Below are positions 12,991-30,570 of a stretch of 64,000 bases of DNA, in pieces (the first letter of the stretch is position 1; each line of letters begins with the position of its first letter). A model generated the notes under the pieces. That model made no database searches. It worked only from the letters and a program-made list of their open reading frames with translations, and was not told the DNA's origin. The stretch spans positions 62,001 to 126,000 of the forward strand of contig NW_026782248.1 in assembly GCF_031769215.1 (NCBI RefSeq), written 5' to 3'. This DNA comes from Ylistrum balloti. Lineage: Eukaryota. The translations under genes were made by a program, and so were the position numbers.

Positions 12991-15615
12991 CCCTAGTTTC
13001 ATTGAATTTGAGTTTTGATTATAATTATGCTGACATTATGGTATTTTCTTGATATGTTTAGTAGTTGTAAAATAAATAATCAAAATATTTCAGTAATAGT
13101 CTTCATTTACTGATAGAGATTGTACAGGGAACTCGACAAACTCATGATTTCATCGAGAGGGGAGGGAACCTGCATATTTGGCACGAACTCTAACACTGCA
13201 CGCATTTTGAATAACACTACACCTATATAGTATACCCTAATACTGACATGTTTCATTTATTGAGCCTCTCATTTGACATTCAAATCAGATATCCGTATGA
13301 ATAAGAATAAAACATATGAACTGAGCCCCAGCTCGGGCCGAACCGATTCACACATTATCACACTGTAATGACAAGTCCGTGTGCAATGTTACGCAACGAT
13401 CTGAAACACCATTTTATCATATTTTTGGCATATCCCAGCTTTGTGTCCGGACACATAAACTTTCTCTCCTGGCGGTCACTCAACTCAATCTCAGGACTGT
13501 CAACGGTGACAAAGAGTTCGTAGGAAAAGGAGAAAAAAGGTAAAGATTTATCTCTTAATCGCGTGCATATACCTCTATGGCGGGCACCTGGTTTTATCTG
13601 CACGCTGTATGTGTATTTAAATAAAACATTGTAGTTTAAACAATGTCTCAACTGCGGTCACTAAATATTCAGATTACATAATCCATACTTGTAAATGCTA
13701 CACAATAATTTGGATTGAAATTAGCATTTTACATTGTTGAAATTTCTTTATATTTAAACAATTCATATAACATTCCCACAACGTCTGTGAACAACTGTTC
13801 TGACGTTTTAAAAAGGCTGATTGGTAAGTTATGAGCCTTGAATTAAAGAAGTTCTGTTAGCTCAACTATTATATGACTATTTAAAGCTGTGTACCCGAAG
13901 ACTGGTTTCATTTGGCCTTTTTATGTCGAAAAGGTGGCACTCTAAATCATACAAGGCAAGTGATTTTTTGCAAAATGACAAAATCGCTGAAAGAATAGTG
14001 ATTCAATATTTGCATAAGAAAGGTCTAGGATATCCATACTGATAAGGTAGCAACATTTGGGAATGGTTAAGGTTATGGCCTCGATTTTCTAGTATCGCTC
14101 CGTTAGACAGCAAAACACGGATAAGTCGAAGTCGCTGGAACCAAATGAAATATTCGACTTATCTGATGATTCGACTTGTTTCTATTAACAGAGCCATATT
14201 GCATCGAAGATTGACCCTATTTTCATCGGTCGTTGACCTGTCTCATAACATGGCGTGACAGTAATGAATTAGTAACCTATACAAAAGAAATATTTCGTTT
14301 ATTCTATACGCTGGCGATATCTTTTATTCCAATAAACAAATGTACGAAAACATGAAACAAAAATGTGATGTGAAACGCGTGGATACGTACCCACTCTCAT
14401 ACACATAACTTAGTGAAATTTATACCTAAAGTAATACAAATATTGTACTTACATTTATACCCTAAGAGTAACAAGTCCCGTCAACAATACTTTAAAATAA
14501 AACTCACTTAATACGTACTCATTAACATTCTACATTGATATTTCAAATCATGAAAAAATGTGTCAATGACAAACTATTATTTTTTTAATCTGCGTCGGCG
14601 AGGTAGTTATCGCTTTTTTCCCGTTGGTTTTCGGCAGCCATGCGCTTAAAATGTAAACAAAACACAGTAAACTTACGGTTAATATAATAGTGAATTTCTT
14701 TCTAAGTTTGGTGGCCTAATTCTGTATAAATCATAACTTTTACTTGTGCACCAGTGTAAACACAGGGATTAATGTTCGATCGAAAATTACAGATTTCAGA
14801 TTGTATTTTTCACTCAGACATACATAGTATGTTACAAGAGGTCAACATTAAGAGTAATTCTTCACACGGCGGAAAAGTATCATGAAACAATTAAATACGT
14901 GTATCTAGATATTTGTCAAGTTTTTTCAATAAATTTTCTTATATTAGATAAAACTTTGACATAACAAATTGATAATAATTAATGTATTTTACTTAGACTA
15001 GGATTCACACAATAATAATTTGGAATAAATTCACATTCAAATAGATAATGAAATTCATCACCAATATTGTTACTACAACATAGAGTACAAGTTCTGCTTT
15101 CCTTAGGTATTTATATCAATCTTCCAGTTTCCACGGGTAGTTTTGCATTTGACGTCAATTTATCAATTATCTGCCTTGTTTTGGTTTTAGTTTCGAAAAG
15201 TATTTTTCAATCTCGAAATATTTCATTATAGAATATATACTTCCACGAGAGTATTTTAAACATTAAACCATTTTTTTAATAAACTGATCTTGTAATCGTT
15301 GCTTTTCAACAAATTCTTTATAATTTCACTTTAATGTACGTGTTTTAGTATAATCCCAGAGAAAATTTATACCGGTTTCTATTGTGCGTACGTTATTTAA
15401 CCAAGAGTGCTCGTTAACACAAATACGGCTGACTGATCAAACTCAGTTGTACAGACCGAAGCCAATAATTTTTTAGTACCCGAGACAAGGTGACGTCTGA
15501 ATGTTCGACACTAGGACAAAATTTTGGTTGAAGGGATGGATAACAAGATATATTGGACACAAACGCAGTACATTCGACTTATCCGATGTATTAGATTCAA
15601 GAGTGTTCGACACAA

Positions 15616-15839
15616 GTGAGTTTTATTGAGGTCATTCCCGGTGTCCACTTTCGGTCAAATGATCATGTAATACATGCAATGGAGGACTTTCTGAACGGCC
15701 AAGAAAATTACTTCTTTAAAATTGACATTGAGTCCCTTAAACATTGTTTGCAAAAGTGTATATGTACAGAAGGGGATTATGTTAAAAACAAATCAAAGCC
15801 TTCAATATGATGCTCACAACTTATCAATCAGCCCTCGTA
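15616..15839 (+). mobile_element. Mariner transposase C-terminal remnant with right TIR
   Basis: GVHFRSNDHVIHAMEDFLNGQENYFFKIDIESLKHCLQKCICTEGDYV resembles the mariner C-terminus. It ends in AACTTATCAATCAGCCCTCGTA, whose reverse complement starts TACGAGGG, a mariner-type terminus with TA. Confidence 0.75.
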
Positions 15840-16720
15840 TTTATGTTGTACAGTCGATGTTACAAAGTTATTTTGATTTCATGATAATGAACCATATTTC
15901 ATGCCATATATTACATCATCCTTTTGGCACTTCACCTGGCATTGTATGAGTTTCCGTATCTGTAAACAGAATGTCTAGTGTTCTTGAATATAATCATAAA
16001 CGCAGATAAACGCAAGTATGTTTTGCATACAATGTGGTTATACCAACTATAGAAAAGTTTAGACCGAAATGGCGACCCTGTTTTGTGTTAGTTTCAATGA
16101 GCACAGCCTAGCAGAGAAGTGTTTTAACTAAGACAGGAAAAAACCCAATCTAATTTTAAAGACTGCTGCCCTCAAACGGACAACTTTTTACGTCAAGGGA
16201 GATAAATCCAGAAATCACAATACTGCTTTCGTAAAGATGTTTTGATATGAGTGGGTTGAGTATTGGTTCACAAACTGTTTGTATATTATTATATACACTA
16301 AACCAATCGATTCTTTTTTTTTTTTTTTTTTTTTGAAGTAAAAACGAACGTTATCTTTCACAGTAAACTAGCTTTTTTGGCAGTAATTCATGAATTTGTC
16401 ATTTTCGTATTAAAAAAATCCTGCTTGTATCAAGCAATCGTCTCGTTATCAGATGATGTATTTGGAAATATAAAATGATTTGATGGAATTTCGATAACAA
16501 TAAAGATGACAGGAACATATTGACATAAACGTTTGATGTTGATATAGACAACGATGATATCAGTGTAACGATAAATGAAATAAAGCATATCTGTAATATT
16601 GACAATGACAATTCTAATGGCAAACACGACTGATATCCACCTTTCCAAATGGACTTAGTACGTCCGGAGAATATCCGGAAAAGTCACATTTTGTTCACAA
16701 CGCTGCAATGTATTAGCAAT

Positions 16721-19106
16721 TATTGTATAGATATCACATCTGTACGTATTGTATAGTAATCACATCTGTATGTATTGTATAATTATCACATCTGTATGTA
16801 TTGTATAGTTATCACATCTGTATGTATTGTATAGTTATCACATCTGTATGTATTGTATAGTTATCACATCTGTATGTATTGTATAGTTATCACATCTGTA
16901 TGTATTGTATTGTATAGTTATCACATCTGTTTGTATTGTATAGTTATCACATCTGTATTTATTGTATAGTTATCACATCTGTATGTATTGTATAATTATC
17001 ACATCTGTTTGTATTGTATAGTTATCTCATCTGTATGTATTGTATAGTTATCACATCTGTATGTATTGTATGTATCTGTTTGTATTGTATAGTTATATTG
17101 TATGTATTGTATAGTTATCACATCTGTATTTATTGTATAGTTATCACATCTGTATTTATTGTACAGTTATCACATCTGTATGTATTGTACAGTTATCACA
17201 TCTGTATGTATTGTATAGTTATCACATCTGTATGTATTGTATAGTAATCACATCTGTATGTGTTGTATAGTAATCACATCTGTATGTATTGTATAGTTAT
17301 CACATCTGTATGTATTGTATAGATATCACATCTGTATGTATTGTATAGATATCACATCTGTACGTATTGTATAGTAATCACATCTGTATGTATTGTACAG
17401 TTATCACATCTGTATGTATTGTATAGTTATCACATCTGTATGTATTGTATAGTTATCACATCTGTATGTATTGTATAGATATCACATCTGTACGTATTGT
17501 ATAGTAATCACATCTGTATGTATTGTATAGTTATCACATCTGTACGTATTTAGATGATGTTCAATGTTATGTTTGTATTGTATAGTTATCACATCTGTTT
17601 GTACTGTATAGTTATCACATCTGTATGGATTGTATAGTTATCACATCTGTTTGTATTGTATAGTTATCACTTCTGTATTTATTGTATAGTTATCACACCT
17701 GTATGTATTGTATAGTTATCACATCTGTATGTATTGTATAATTATCACATCTGTATGTATTGTATAGTTATCACATCTGTATGTATTTAGATGATGTTCT
17801 ATATTATGTATGTATTGTATAGTTATCACATCTGTTTGTATTGTATTGTATAGTTATCACATCTGTATGTATTGTATAGTTATCACATCTGTATGTATTG
17901 TATTGTATAGTTATCACATCGGTATGTATTGTATAGTTATCACATCTGTATGTATTGTATAGTTATCACATCTGTATGTATTGTATTGTATAGTTATCAC
18001 ATCTGTATGTATTGTATAGTTATCACATCTGTATGTATTATATAGTTATCACATCTGTATGTATTGTATAGTTATCACATCTGCATGTATTGTATAATTA
18101 TCACATCTGTATGTATTGTATAATTATCACATCTGTATGTATTGTATAGTTATCACATCTGTATGTATTGTCTAGTTATCACATCTGTATGTATTGTATT
18201 GTATAGTTATCACATCGGTATGTATTGTATAGTTATCACATCTGTATGTATTGTATAGTTATCACATCTGTATGTATTGTTATCACATTGTATGTATTGT
18301 ATAGTTATCACATCTGTATGTATTGTATAGTTATCACATCTGTATGTATTGTATAGTTATCTTATCTGTATGTATTGTATAGTTATCACATCTGTATGTA
18401 TTGTATTGTATAGTTATCACATCTGTATGTATTGTATAGTTATCACATCTGTATGTATTGTATTGTATAGTTATCACATCTGTATGTATTGTATAATTAT
18501 CACATCTGTATGTATTGTATAGTTATCACATCTGTATGTATTGTATAGTTATCACATCTGTATGTATTGTATTGTATAGTTATCACATCGGTATGTATTG
18601 TATAGTTATCACATCTGTATGTATTGTATAGTTATCACATCTGTATGTATTGTATTGTATAGTTATCACATCGGTATGTATTGTATAGTTATCACATCTG
18701 TATGTATTGTATAGTTATCACATCTGTATGTATTGTATAGTTATCTCATCTGTATGTATTGTATAGTTATCACATCTGTATGTATTGTATTGTATAGTTA
18801 TCACATCTGTATGTATTGTATAGTTATCACATCTGTATGTATTGTATTGTATAGTTATCACATCGGTATGTATTGTATAGTTATCACATCTGTATGTATT
18901 GTATAGTTATCACACCTGTATGTATTGTATAGTTATCACATCGGTATGTATTGTATAGTTATCACATCTGTATGTATTGTATAGTTATCACTTCTGTATG
19001 TATTGTATAGTTATCACATCTGTATGTATTGTATAGTTATCACATCTGTATGTATTGTATAGTTATCACACCTGTATGTATTTAGATGATGTTCTATGTT
19101 ATGTAT
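16721..19106. repeat. ~2.4 kb tandem array, 26-bp unit TATAGTTATCACATCTGTATGTATTG
   Basis: Period of 26 read directly (e.g. 16801 to 16827). Includes 31-bp variants (+TATTG) and three TTTAGATGATGTTC interruptions. Confidence 0.97.
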
Positions 19107-19837
19107 GAACATTTTAGAGATTTATTTTATCTGAATATTTATTTAGAAATTTTCAAAACATTGATCAAAATAAAGGAGTATCTTGTGGTTATAGTTTTCT
19201 TCGGGAATCGATCAGGTCATGATTTGGCCAATATCAGGTGACTTGATGAAATCAGTTGAGTTAGCAATACTAAAAGATCAATTCTGTAATTATCATTGAA
19301 AAAAGAAAAACAGGAATTGTTTTTGAATGACAATGAGACACAGACACACACCAATTTGAACCTGTGATGATTTCAGATGACCTGAAATGGATGTTATTAA
19401 TCAACAGAATGCAGACTTCAAAAGACAGGAATACAAGTATTGAGATTTAATAGTTTATGTAGCAAAGCTTAAAGGGAGATAACCCTTACAAGATCACTAA
19501 AGCATGCTTTGAATATAAAATGCTTGTAAATAGGCAATTCTCAATGATTCACCTTCCAGTGAGTATCATACTTTGGTAAAGGTTTGTATCTTTACTCATG
19601 TTTTGAACATGAATTGACCCTCCTAAGGGACGGGACCAGCCCAAACATGAACACATGCTGTATATGGCAGGTCATCACAGGTCCAACATAGATACCAATA
19701 CTTTGGATGTCAATGTATTCATAACTCAATTCAACCCATCTTCACAGTGACATGGATGAATAAAATAAAAGCTTTGTTTAATTGCCAGCAAATCTAAGCA
19801 TATTCACTAGAACATAACAAACACTGTTGATTGATTT

Positions 19838-22800
19838 TCAGGCTCCATCTACTGGTTTGAAATCTTTCCAGTTCGAGTAATAATCGTCAATTGATTTCAG
19901 CTGTTTATCCCGTAACCATATATGACTCCGCTTCGTTTTTATGAATTCTACAGCTTCTTCTGGTGTCCATCCATTTATCTGTTAACAAAATTACAAGAAA
20001 ATTGAGAAAAGACAAAACCTCTATTTGACAATGACACAAAGAATGTAGAAATACTTTACATTGTTCGCGAAGATTTTCTTGTTTGAAAAGATAATCAGAG
20101 TATAAGGAAAAGATGTGATGTCAATACCCTCTCCCTCTTGTTGACCTACTGACAAAGTATTTCATGGTTTGAAAAAGTGAAAAAAGAAAGATTTATTATC
20201 TTAACTTATACAAAGTCATCTCTCTCAAAGCTGATACTTATAAAATAAAAGGCCCATATGGCCTTATCACTCACTTGGTTTATTATACAGATTTCTAATT
20301 ATTCATTTATTATCTTAACCAATGGAAAAATGTGCATCTGATATTTATCAGGCTCCATCCTTCTCCCCAAAGGGGTTAGATACATCATTTATACAAAACT
20401 AAGTTCTTTTCACCCAAGGTTGCTTCAGATCAAATTTGGACAAAGCTGAATAATTCAAACACTGCTGGGGATCAAACTAGCCACTTTTCGATATCTAGCT
20501 GGATACTCTATCACTTGACTAAAGGGAAATTTCACTTGCCAGGCTATTAAGGTGATCTGTACTCTCAACTTCAACATTAGATTACACAATGTATCTAAGT
20601 GCCACAAAAATAACATTATAAACAGTTATGCACCAGACAATGTAATACTAATTTCATTCAATAACTAGTTTATGTTAAGGTAAAATTTCATAAAGAAAAT
20701 TGTCCTGGTAAAATAATCAGTTTATTTTGTGGTATGTGTAATGTCACTACTTCAGCACGGGAAAGTTTGTGATATCAGCTTCCTGGAGAAACATAAACAT
20801 TTCCATGTAGGTAGATTAAACTACGGGTAGTAAATCACACACCTTGAATCCTCAACTGAGATCGCTAAGTCTGATCTATCACCTACAGTAAGCCAAACGA
20901 GCATACAAAACATCTTTATCAAAGTCTGGAAATGAGATAATATAAAAATAATGTTGTATATAACTTACTGCAATTTACCCATCTGTAACAGATGTCAGTA
21001 TTTATTTCAATGTCTTCGCTAAGATTCGAACTCGGGACCCTTGGCTTACTAGTCTGATGCTCAACCGATCAAGCTAAAGAGAAATTCTCTCTAGCTGAGC
21101 AGTATATTGCTGGCTAGTATTCACCAGGTTTACAAATCATACACAAATGTAATCATATATAAGGGAAGATAACTCCCACCAACCTTGATGAGATAACAGG
21201 CAACTATTGTAGCACTCCTGGTGCGGCCTGCCTTACAATGGACATAAACACTCTCTCGACGCTCTCTGTGCTGTAGGATAAAGTTGACAGCTCGGTGAAT
21301 GTTTTCCTGTGAAGGAGTTCCCACATAATCAACTGTCTGTAGTCGAAGTTGTTTAATGCCCACATTTAACCACTCCTGAAAAGACGAATGTCATTTTACT
21401 TTTAATTTGCCTTTGATAAATCAATCCAGAAAATAATTCTAAATATCAATAATTGACTTAAACACAATAGATGTATAGTAAAATTATGATGTTGTCAGAG
21501 TCCAACTTTGCAACTAGATTTTAAAACCACCTGAATACTACTGTTGATATTTCCTGTAGCCCCTAAAATTATCATGATGTTCAATCAACTTTTACTTAGA
21601 CAAAAGGTTATTTTCAATCAACTATTCAAAATATACTTCAATTCATATATGCTATATCTATCCTGCTAATATTAATACCCAGCCTCTCCTACCTTGGCTG
21701 AACAACACAATGCTACAGTTACAACAATGAAAGAGTAATCACTAGTTTTCCATCTGAGAGTGTTGATTAAAAAGAAGACAAAAATAAATTGAGACCCCAT
21801 TATTGTCCACAAGGTACATGCATATATTGCACTAGATGATCAGATGAAGTTTAAATTTTTCCCATTCTTCTTGAAGAGTAATGCATGTATTAATCATAGG
21901 TCAGTCTCCACACTCCATTTCATATATCATTTGCTTTTTTTTTTTCATTATTTACAATAATCGCTTTCGGAAGATTCTCTCCTGACAAAAATGTCTCTTT
22001 TGTCAATTCTTGATATGAGAATATGTCCAGAATCATGCTCATTACATGACCAATTCTTTTGGAACATGGTGTACATGATCTGTAGCAAAAGTAATTTGGC
22101 CTTTCGATTTACTTTAAATGTTGATGACTTCCCTCGAAGTTATTCCCCTTTTTGACAATTTTTTATTTCCATAAGAGAACACAAAGTACTATATCACCCA
22201 TATATATGGCCCGTTTGTTTGCAATATTCTAGAATAGAGAGTACAGATGTGAACCTGGGAAATGTGTTACCATCTACAAATTTGTGTGGTGGTAATAATG
22301 TTTATATTAAATAAACTAGTCTTAGCTAAATACCTTGTACTAATAGGCCTACTAACAAATTGATTTGAAATTCCAAAAAGTGTTTCTATTATAGGCCAGT
22401 AATTTTGAAGCCTATCTCCCAACCTTTTGGTCACACTTGAGATTAACATGTTTGTTTATTGTGTTTTCTTGTTGTTTGTTGTTTTTTGTCCTATTAGCAA
22501 CCAGGGTCATTTAAGGATGTGCCAGGTTTAGGTGGTGAAGATAAGTTAGAGTTTCAAAAGAAAAGCCACTGACCTGCAACCAGTACCTGGCAACTGCCGT
22601 ACCAGGAGACAGGCCCAGAACCTTCCACATAAATTTATTAAATTTATTTCTTTTTAATTTATTAAAAATTTAAACCTTAATATGTTATCAAATCCATCGA
22701 AAAATATTTACCCCTAGCCAAATTTGGAAACTAGGTGCAATACAATTTGGTCGTATAATTGATATGACAGAATTACAGGGGAAAAAACATAACCTTACTT

Positions 22801-23679
22801 CCTCAGAATTCACAAACTGGCTCATCTCAAAATCCTCTGTCATAGATACCAGGCCCCGTACATTCTCTTCCTCCACCAACTGGAAAAAGAAAAGATTGCA
22901 AAGAAAAAAATGAGACAATAGGTAACAGAATTTGACTACATAATTACTTTAAAAGATTTAAGTTTTAATATAATTTCAGTTTTTACAGAAAATTAGAAGG
23001 AAAGTAGCAACATTCTCTTATAGTATATATTCAACAAAATGTTTTTTGTCATGAAGAAAGCTATAATTCATGTTGGCAAGAAATGGTCTGATTTTGATAT
23101 GCATTGACTTTGAATTTTGATCAACTGATGTATCGCTACATTTTGCCAACATTGCTTAAATAATGTCAGAAGTAAATGCTCATCGATGATATCAACAAAA
23201 ATTTGACCTTGACTTTTGACTTTTAAAAGTTATCAGCTAAGCCGTTCATTTGTGGACAGACAACCAGGTCCATGACTATAGGGCACCTGTATCTCTAATA
23301 CAAGACCCGAATAAGACGTTTTGATTTTAAAATCTTTTAAAATCTTATTTTGTCTAAAACGCAAAAAAAAATCTTTTTTTCTTTCTTTTCTTTTCTTCAT
23401 TTTTTAAATATTAGATGTCTTACGGTCAGGCCTGACAACGTGCTGTGTAATATATTAATTGGGTACCTATAAAAGGTATGATATAATTTGCATGCCCTGT
23501 TGAAAATAATGTTCAGTGGAAGAAGTTTGTACCTGTTTGGTGATTCCTCTGAGTGGTAGAGCACCTAGTAGAACTGTTTCATCAATACGGTCATACCAAT
23601 TCCTACTAGTGACCTTGGATAAAAAGATGTTATAAACCAAGGTTGGGTAGAAAGCAACTTTAGAAAAAAGACTTGACAT
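19838..23679 (-). CDS. PTPMT1: Mitochondrial phosphatidylglycerophosphatase / protein-tyrosine phosphatase 1, 186 aa
   Basis: Exons 23679-23533, 22879-22799, 21375-21184, 19978-19838 (561 nt, all phase 0). Motifs [25 protein letters not shown], and catalytic [14 protein letters not shown]. Confidence 0.95.
20248..20285 (-). mobile_element. Probable Helentron/HINE-type 3' terminus
   Basis: Reverse complement aaccaagtgagtgataaggccatatgggccttttat: a short GC hairpin near the end. Family assignment is from recollection, not a search. Confidence 0.4.
21010..21125 (-). mobile_element. tRNA(Thr-AGT)-derived SINE head in PTPMT1 intron 3; a more decayed tRNA-like head at ~20460-20545
   Basis: Minus strand has A-box-like TAGCTTGATCGG, loop CTAGTAA and B-box GTTCGAATC. 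The stems do not pair, so it is not a functional tRNA. Confidence 0.6.
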
Positions 23680-24292
23680 GTTGAACTGTTTGAATTTAAT
23701 GGTCCATGTCACCAATCTGTAAAAGAAAAAAAAACAGATCATCTCAGTGAAAATGTATCAAACATAATTACTGTCACAATGTGGAAGAATTGGTCAAAAA
23801 ATATTTCTGTTGAGCATTCTGACAGAAATCTAAAACTTGTCTCTCATGTGATTATTGCATGGCTTGGCTAACTGAGCTAAAAAGACTTTACATGTATATC
23901 GTATGTTCTGTCAGCTGAGTGATATATCTTTATTGCACAATATGCTAACAACAAAGTTCAACTTGACACTCAAGTTTTACATCCAATTCCATAAATCTTG
24001 AACTGACTGGTGAGATAACTGTCTGGATATAAGCACATGTACAATTGCTTTAAAATAACAAACAAGCCCCTCCCACAGAGGCTGAAGTTGAATGCTGGCT
24101 GTCTGGGCACATTACAGTAAGAATATATACAAAATAGGCTAGATGCTTTCTATATCATACCAATTTATATTTGAATTTGATACACTAGGATTTGATTGAG
24201 ATGTGAAGTTTAGTCCCTTGTGTATGAAGGCTCCAAGCCACATGTTAAAAATCTTAAATGGGTATTTTAACACAAAATATTAAAATGGTACA

Positions 24293-24949
24293 TCATAGTC
24301 TATTGTATAGATCAACAGCTTCAAAAAGGGATTTTAGACCTGTAATGTTACGATAAAAATCGTCTCGAGTAGACAGAAGGTCACTGCAGTCCAATAAAAA
24401 ATGTTTAACAGTGAATGGCTCATCACATCCTATGCACCGAGGATTATCTTCGCCTTTCAACATATATGAATGTGTAAGGTATGTATGACCCATCCGAAGA
24501 CGGGTAAGGACAACTTCGTCTCGGTGGTTGTCTCTATAGTCTGGAGACCATTCACCGATAATAGGTTTAACGGAGTGCAATTTGTTATTGGTATAGGTAT
24601 TCCAATCCTCCTGCCACTGAGCTTTTAAAATTTGTTTGATAAATGGTTTAAAAGCGGTAAAATGAAGTTTAAAAACAACAGGTGGTAGCAATAAAGCTTC
24701 CTTTGCGGCACGATCTGCTTTTTCATTGCCTGGTATTCCCATGTGCCCAGGAACCCAGCAAAAAGCATTACGAAAGTTAAAAGCAAGTTTATGATTTAGT
24801 ATGAAGGTATTACGAATGAAAATGTTTTCGATATTTCTATTGCTAAGACTTTGTATAGCAGAAAGAGAGTCTGAATGGATAACAGCTCTCATTACGTTGT
24901 TTCTTTGAATATACTCAAGGGCGAGGTAGTTAGCTCGCGCTTCTGCCAA
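24293..24949 (-). mobile_element. 5'-truncated RNase H-containing non-LTR retrotransposon (I/Nimb-like) ORF2 C-terminus
   Basis: Open 218 aa with IHSDSLSA, WVPGHMGIPGNEKADRAAK (RNase H), RLRMGHTYLTH and a C-x2-C...H...C zinc knuckle. Confidence 0.88.
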
Positions 24950-25149
24950 GTATGTAAATTACATGCAAATGTCCCTAAACAAGACAATAGACTGGCGAGT
25001 GTGAAAATGATTATGTTTTCTTCCACTTCAATTAAGCACATTCAATAAAAATTACCATAAATATCTTCATCAAGTACAGTTAGAATAAAAAAAGATAGCG
25101 AAAAACCCCTATTGGAGGCTGTCTCGGATCGTCTGCATGCAGGAGTTGT

Positions 25150-25491
25150 GTAGTGTACGACGTCATGTACACGCTTACCAATAAAGGTGGAGTGCCCGTC
25201 TAATTAAAGCGTTTATAGTGTAAGAGCTCTTTTTTCTAGAAAGTATATTAACTCAATGGAGGGTAAATTATTTACAACTAATTTTAAAATAAAATACGTA
25301 CCAATATCAGCTATATGAATCGTTAGTATATCCCTTTCTAAACATTCATAAGATATTTTTATGAAGGAAAAATATTTTTATACAAAAGTTTTTTATCAAA
25401 ATATTTAATATTTTCGAATATTGATATCACAATAATGGTATGTCCCTTCCTCAGAACAAAGGTCACACTCATTGCCGACCGATCTGCAAAG
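25150..25491. promoter_or_regulatory. Candidate bidirectional promoter PTPMT1/ETFB
   Basis: Minus-strand donor GTAAGC at 25178 and acceptor at 23717 imply a non-coding PTPMT1 exon 1 at 25179 and above. ETFB ATG is at 25492. CRE-like CGACGTCA near 25158. Confidence 0.55.
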
Positions 25492-29402
<3,911 letters not shown>

Positions 29403-29489
29403 GAGTAGGTGGACAATAGTTAGGTTAGTATGATAGCAACTATGGATGGTGTGTCGTCTTTTAGATTAGGTAGCTAGGTGGAGATCACA

Positions 29490-30185
29490 TAGCAGTAGGT
29501 AGATAGTCATTGTAATGTAAACTAGAGGGCCTGGTACATAATCTAAAGGATTTGTATAGGAGTAGGTAGTTAGTTGGTGTAATGTAAACTAGAGGACCTG
29601 GTACATAATCTAAAGGATTTGTATAGGAGTAGGTAGTTAAGTTGGTATAATGTAAACTAGACGGCCTGGTACATAATCTAAAGGATTTGTATAGGAGTAG
29701 GTAGTTAGTTGGTATAATGTAAACTAGAGGGCCTGGTACATAATCTAAAGGATTTGTATAGGAGTAGGTAGTTAGTTGGTATAATGTAAACTCGAGGACC
29801 TGGTACATAATCTCATGGATTTGTATAGGAGTAGGTAGTTAGTTGGTGTAATGTAAACTAGAGGACCTGGTATATATTCTAAAGGAGTTGTATAGTAGGT
29901 AGTTAGTTGGTATAATGTAAACTCGAGGACCTGGTACATAATCTCATGGATTTGTATAGGAGTAGGTAGTTAGTTGGTGTAATGTAAACTAGAGGGCCTG
30001 GTACATAATCTAAAGGATTTGTATAGGAGTAGGTAGTTAGGATTTGTATATATAAAGGAGTTGAGTAGGTAGTTAGTTGGTGTAATGTAAACTAGAGGGC
30101 CTGGTACATAATCTAAAGGATTTGAATAAGAGTAGGTAGTTAGTTGGTATAATGTAAATTAGATGGCCTAATACATAATCTACAG
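29490..30185. repeat. Tandem array, ~67-bp unit, just downstream of the ETFB stop
   Basis: AATGTAAACT recurs at 29581, 29649, 29716, 29783 and onward. Confidence 0.95.
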
Positions 30186-30570
30186 GATTTGTGTAGGAGT
30201 AGGTTGTTAGGTAGACATTATTTGTATAGGAGTGGGTTGTTAGGTAGACATTATTTGTATAGGAGTGGGTTGTTAGGTAGACATTATTTGTATAGGAGTA
30301 GGTTGTTAGGTAGACATTATTTGTGTAGGAGGAGGTTGTTAGGTAGACATTATTTGTATAGGAGTGGGTTGTTAGGTAGACATTATTTGTATAGGAGTGG
30401 GTTGTTAGGTAGACATTATTTGTATAGGAGTGGGTTGTTAGGTAGACATTATTTGTGTAGGAGTAGGTTGTTAGGTAGACATTATTTGTATAGGAGTGGG
30501 TTGTTAGGTAGACATTATTTGTATAGGAGTGGGTTGTTAGGTAGACATTATTTGTATAGGAGTGGGTATT
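30186..30570. repeat. Tandem array, 33-bp unit ATTTGTATAGGAGTGGGTTGTTAGGTAGACATT
   Basis: Unit read directly. It produces the 11-aa periodic ORF at 30189-30587. Confidence 0.95.

Noticed and set aside
13358-13651. 97-aa minus ORF
   Set aside because: No recognisable domain and no linked splice partners.
16400-16650. Possible RT (YIDD-like) fragment next to a poly-T run
   Set aside because: Too degenerate to assign, and no TSD was found.
16721-19106. CRISPR-like appearance of short repeats
   Set aside because: There are no unique spacers; units are head-to-tail, the context is eukaryotic, and no cas genes are present.
21010-21090. Functional tRNA-Thr gene
   Set aside because: Acceptor and anticodon stems do not pair; treated as a SINE head.
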